Shown here one piece after another: positions 62,019 through 64,000 of a stretch of DNA of 64,000 nt. Both the position numbers and the translations under genes were made by a program. The DNA is from an uncultured Gemmatimonadaceae bacterium (GTDB taxonomy: Bacteria > Gemmatimonadota > Gemmatimonadetes > Gemmatimonadales > Gemmatimonadaceae). Every line of letters begins with the position of its first letter. Positions within the stretch are counted from its first letter, which is position 1. The stretch covers positions 32,001 through 96,000 of the forward strand of contig CAVVTZ010000012.1 in the NCBI GenBank assembly GCA_963751275.1. The letters are read 5' to 3'. Under the pieces are notes generated by a model. It had not been told where the DNA came from. It saw nothing but the letters and a program-made list of their open reading frames with translations, and ran no database searches.

Positions 62019-64000
62019 ATGAGCGTCGCCGAGATCTTCGAGACAATGACGTATGGCCCCGCGCCGGAGAGCGCGAAGCCGGCACTCGACTGGATCGCGG
62101 AGCACGGCGGCACTTTCGGGCATTTCATCGGCGGCAAGTTCGTGAAGGGAAAGACGCTCTTCGAGACAATGAACCCCGCCACCGGCAAATCGCTCGCGCG
62201 CGTGTCGCAGGGCTCCAAGAACGACGTGAATGCCGCGGTGAAGGCGGCGCGCGCGGCGCAGCCGGCGTGGGCCAAGCTGCCCGGGCACGAGCGCGCGCGG
62301 CACCTGTACGCGCTCGCGCGCGCGGTGCAGAAGAATGCCAGGCTGCTCGCGGTGCTCGAGAGCCTCGACAATGGCAAGCCGATCCGCGAGACGCGCGATC
62401 TCGATATCCCGCTCGTCGCGCGCCATTTCTATCATCACGCCGGCTGGGCGCAGCTGATGGAGACCGAGTTCGCGGGCTACGGCGCGATCGGGGTGGTGGG
62501 GCAGATCATCCCGTGGAACTTCCCGCTGCTCATGCTGGCGTGGAAGGTCGCGCCGGCGCTCGCGGCGGGGAACACATCGGTGCTCAAGCCCGCGGAGTTC
62601 ACGCCGCTCAGCGCGCTCTGCTTCGCCGAGCTGGCCGCGCGCGCGGGATTGCCGCCGGGCGTCTTGAATATCGTGACGGGCGACGGCGAGACCGGCGCCG
62701 CTCTCGTCGATCATGCGGACGTGGACAAGATCGCCTTCACCGGATCCACTGATGTGGGCCGCGTGATCCGCCGCGCGACGGCGGGCTCGGGCAAGAAGCT
62801 CTCGCTCGAGCTCGGCGGGAAGAGCCCCTTCATCGTGTTCGAGGACGCCGATCTCGACAGCGTCGTCGAAGGCGTCGTGGACGCGATCTGGTTCAACCAG
62901 GGGCAGGTCTGCTGCGCCGGCTCGCGGCTGCTGGTGCAGGAGGGGATCGCCGAGCGCCTCACCGACAAGCTGCGCGCGCGCATGGAGAAGCTGCGCGTCG
63001 GCTCGCCGCTGGACAAAGCCGTGGACATGGGCGCGATCGTCGCGCCGGTGCAGCTCGAGCGGATCCGCACGCTGGTGGCGAAGGGAGTCGAGGAAGGCGC
63101 CGAGATGTGGCAGCCGAGCTGGGCCGTGCCCAAGGAGGGCTGCTTCTACCCGCCGACCTTGTTCACCGAGGTGGCGCCGAGCAGCACGATCGCGCAGGTG
63201 GAGATCTTCGGCCCCGTGCTCGTGAGCATGACCTTCCGCACGCCGGAAGAGGCCGTGGCCCTCGCGAACAACACGCCCTTCGGCCTCGCGTCGAGCGTGT
63301 GGACGGAGAACATCAATCTCGCGCTCGACATCGCGCCGAAGATCAAGGCGGGGGTGGTGTGGGTCAACTGCACGAATCTGTTCGATGCTTCTGCCGGCTT
63401 TGGCGGGTATCGCGAATCCGGTTTTGGCCGGGAGGGCGGGCGCGAGGGGATGTGGGAATACGTAAAGGCACAACGGCAGGATGTCGGCCGTCGGCTGTCG
63501 CCTGCGAAACGCACGGTGCCGGCAGCCGACAGCCGACAGCCCGCTGTGGACCGCACTCCCAAGTTGTACATCGGCGGGAAACAGGCGCGCCCGGACTCCG
63601 GATACTCCCGGCCCGTGAAGGGCGCGGGCGGTCGCGTGATCGGCGAAGTGGGCGAGGGAAACAGAAAGGACATCCGCAACGCCGTCGAAGCGGCGCACGC
63701 GGCGGGTGGCGCATGGGCCCGGAGCACCGGGCATGCGCGCGCGCAGATCCTGTACTACATCGCGGAGAATCTGTCGGCGCGCAGTGCCGAGTTCGCGGCG
63801 CGGATCGAGTCGATGACGGGGAAGGGCGGGGGCAGCGCCGAGGTGGAGGCGAGCATCTCGCGGCTGTTCACCTACGCAGCGTGGGCGGACAAGTGGGATG
63901 GCGCCGTGCACTCCGTGCCGATCCGTGGCGTGGCGATGGCGATGAACGAGCCGATCGGCGTGATCGGCGTCGCGGCGCCGGAGCTTCACCCACTCCTGGG
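62019..64000 (+). CDS. Tandem-domain aldehyde dehydrogenase (ALDH16-like), 3'-truncated; absent from the ORF track
   Basis: Read from DNA: MSVAEIFETMTYGPAPES, IIPWNFP, FTGST, LELGGKSP, NQGQVCCAG, EIFGP, then a second domain from DRTPKLYIGG. Confidence 0.93.
   Translation, partial: MSVAEIFETMTYGPAPESAKPALDWIAEHGGTFGHFIGGKFVKGKTLFETMNPATGKSLARVSQGSKNDVNAAVKAARAAQPAWAKLPGHERARHLYALARAVQKNARLLAVLESLDNGKPIRETRDLDIPLVARHFYHHAGWAQLMETEFAGYGAIGVVGQIIPWNFPLLMLAWKVAPALAAGNTSVLKPAEFTPLSALCFAELAARAGLPPGVLNIVTGDGETGAALVDHADVDKIAFTGSTDVGRVIRRATAGSGKKLSLELGGKSPFIVFEDADLDSVVEGVVDAIWFNQGQVCCAGSRLLVQEGIAERLTDKLRARMEKLRVGSPLDKAVDMGAIVAPVQLERIRTLVAKGVEEGAEMWQPSWAVPKEGCFYPPTLFTEVAPSSTIAQVEIFGPVLVSMTFRTPEEAVALANNTPFGLASSVWTENINLALDIAPKIKAGVVWVNCTNLFDASAGFGGYRESGFGREGGREGMWEYVKAQRQDVGRRLSPAKRTVPAADSRQPAVDRTPKLYIGGKQARPDSGYSRPVKGAGGRVIGEVGEGNRKDIRNAVEAAHAAGGAWARSTGHARAQILYYIAENLSARSAEFAARIESMTGKGGGSAEVEASISRLFTYAAWADKWDGAVHSVPIRGVAMAMNEPIGVIGVAAPELHPLL
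63476..63544. repeat. 69-bp in-frame palindrome of GCCGACA heptamers in the ALDH inter-domain linker
   Basis: 63476-63500 pairs with 63520-63544 (21/25). Confidence 0.75.

Noticed and set aside
1..64000. tRNA, rRNA, transposase, integrase or prophage genes
   Set aside because: None recognised in the sequence or the ORF track.

Overview
High-GC (about 70%) bacterial chromosomal window. Gene content and order (ffs-dnaX-ybaB-recR-mglB-mglA-pgsA...cinA-grpE-dnaJ, many secreted beta-barrel proteins and lipoproteins) suggest Gemmatimonadota; this is an inference. It holds about 50 CDS. Housekeeping genes include ggt, murQ, anmK, nrdJ, pyk, a class II aldolase, ltaE, dnaX, recR, cinA, grpE, dnaJ, deoC and a two-domain ALDH, and there is an SRP RNA. 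Accessory content includes a Hanks kinase/PP2C/FHA module, an outer-membrane/octaheme cytochrome cluster, and a probable operon of a degenerate [FeFe]-hydrogenase-like domain protein, a sulfocyanin, a GGDEF protein and an orphan lasso B2. At least 13 genes carry 1-nt frameshifts that look like long-read consensus errors. The most striking unexplained signal is a dense set of about 15 long palindromic elements built from 7-bp or 9-bp internal periods. They sit between genes, overlap stop codons, lie in frame inside the dnaX and ALDH linkers, bracket a 2-kb two-gene cassette, and precede a GxxExxY (PD-(D/E)XK-like) gene. I propose them as a candidate REP/REPIN-like mobile system. All family calls come from motif recognition by eye; no searches were run.
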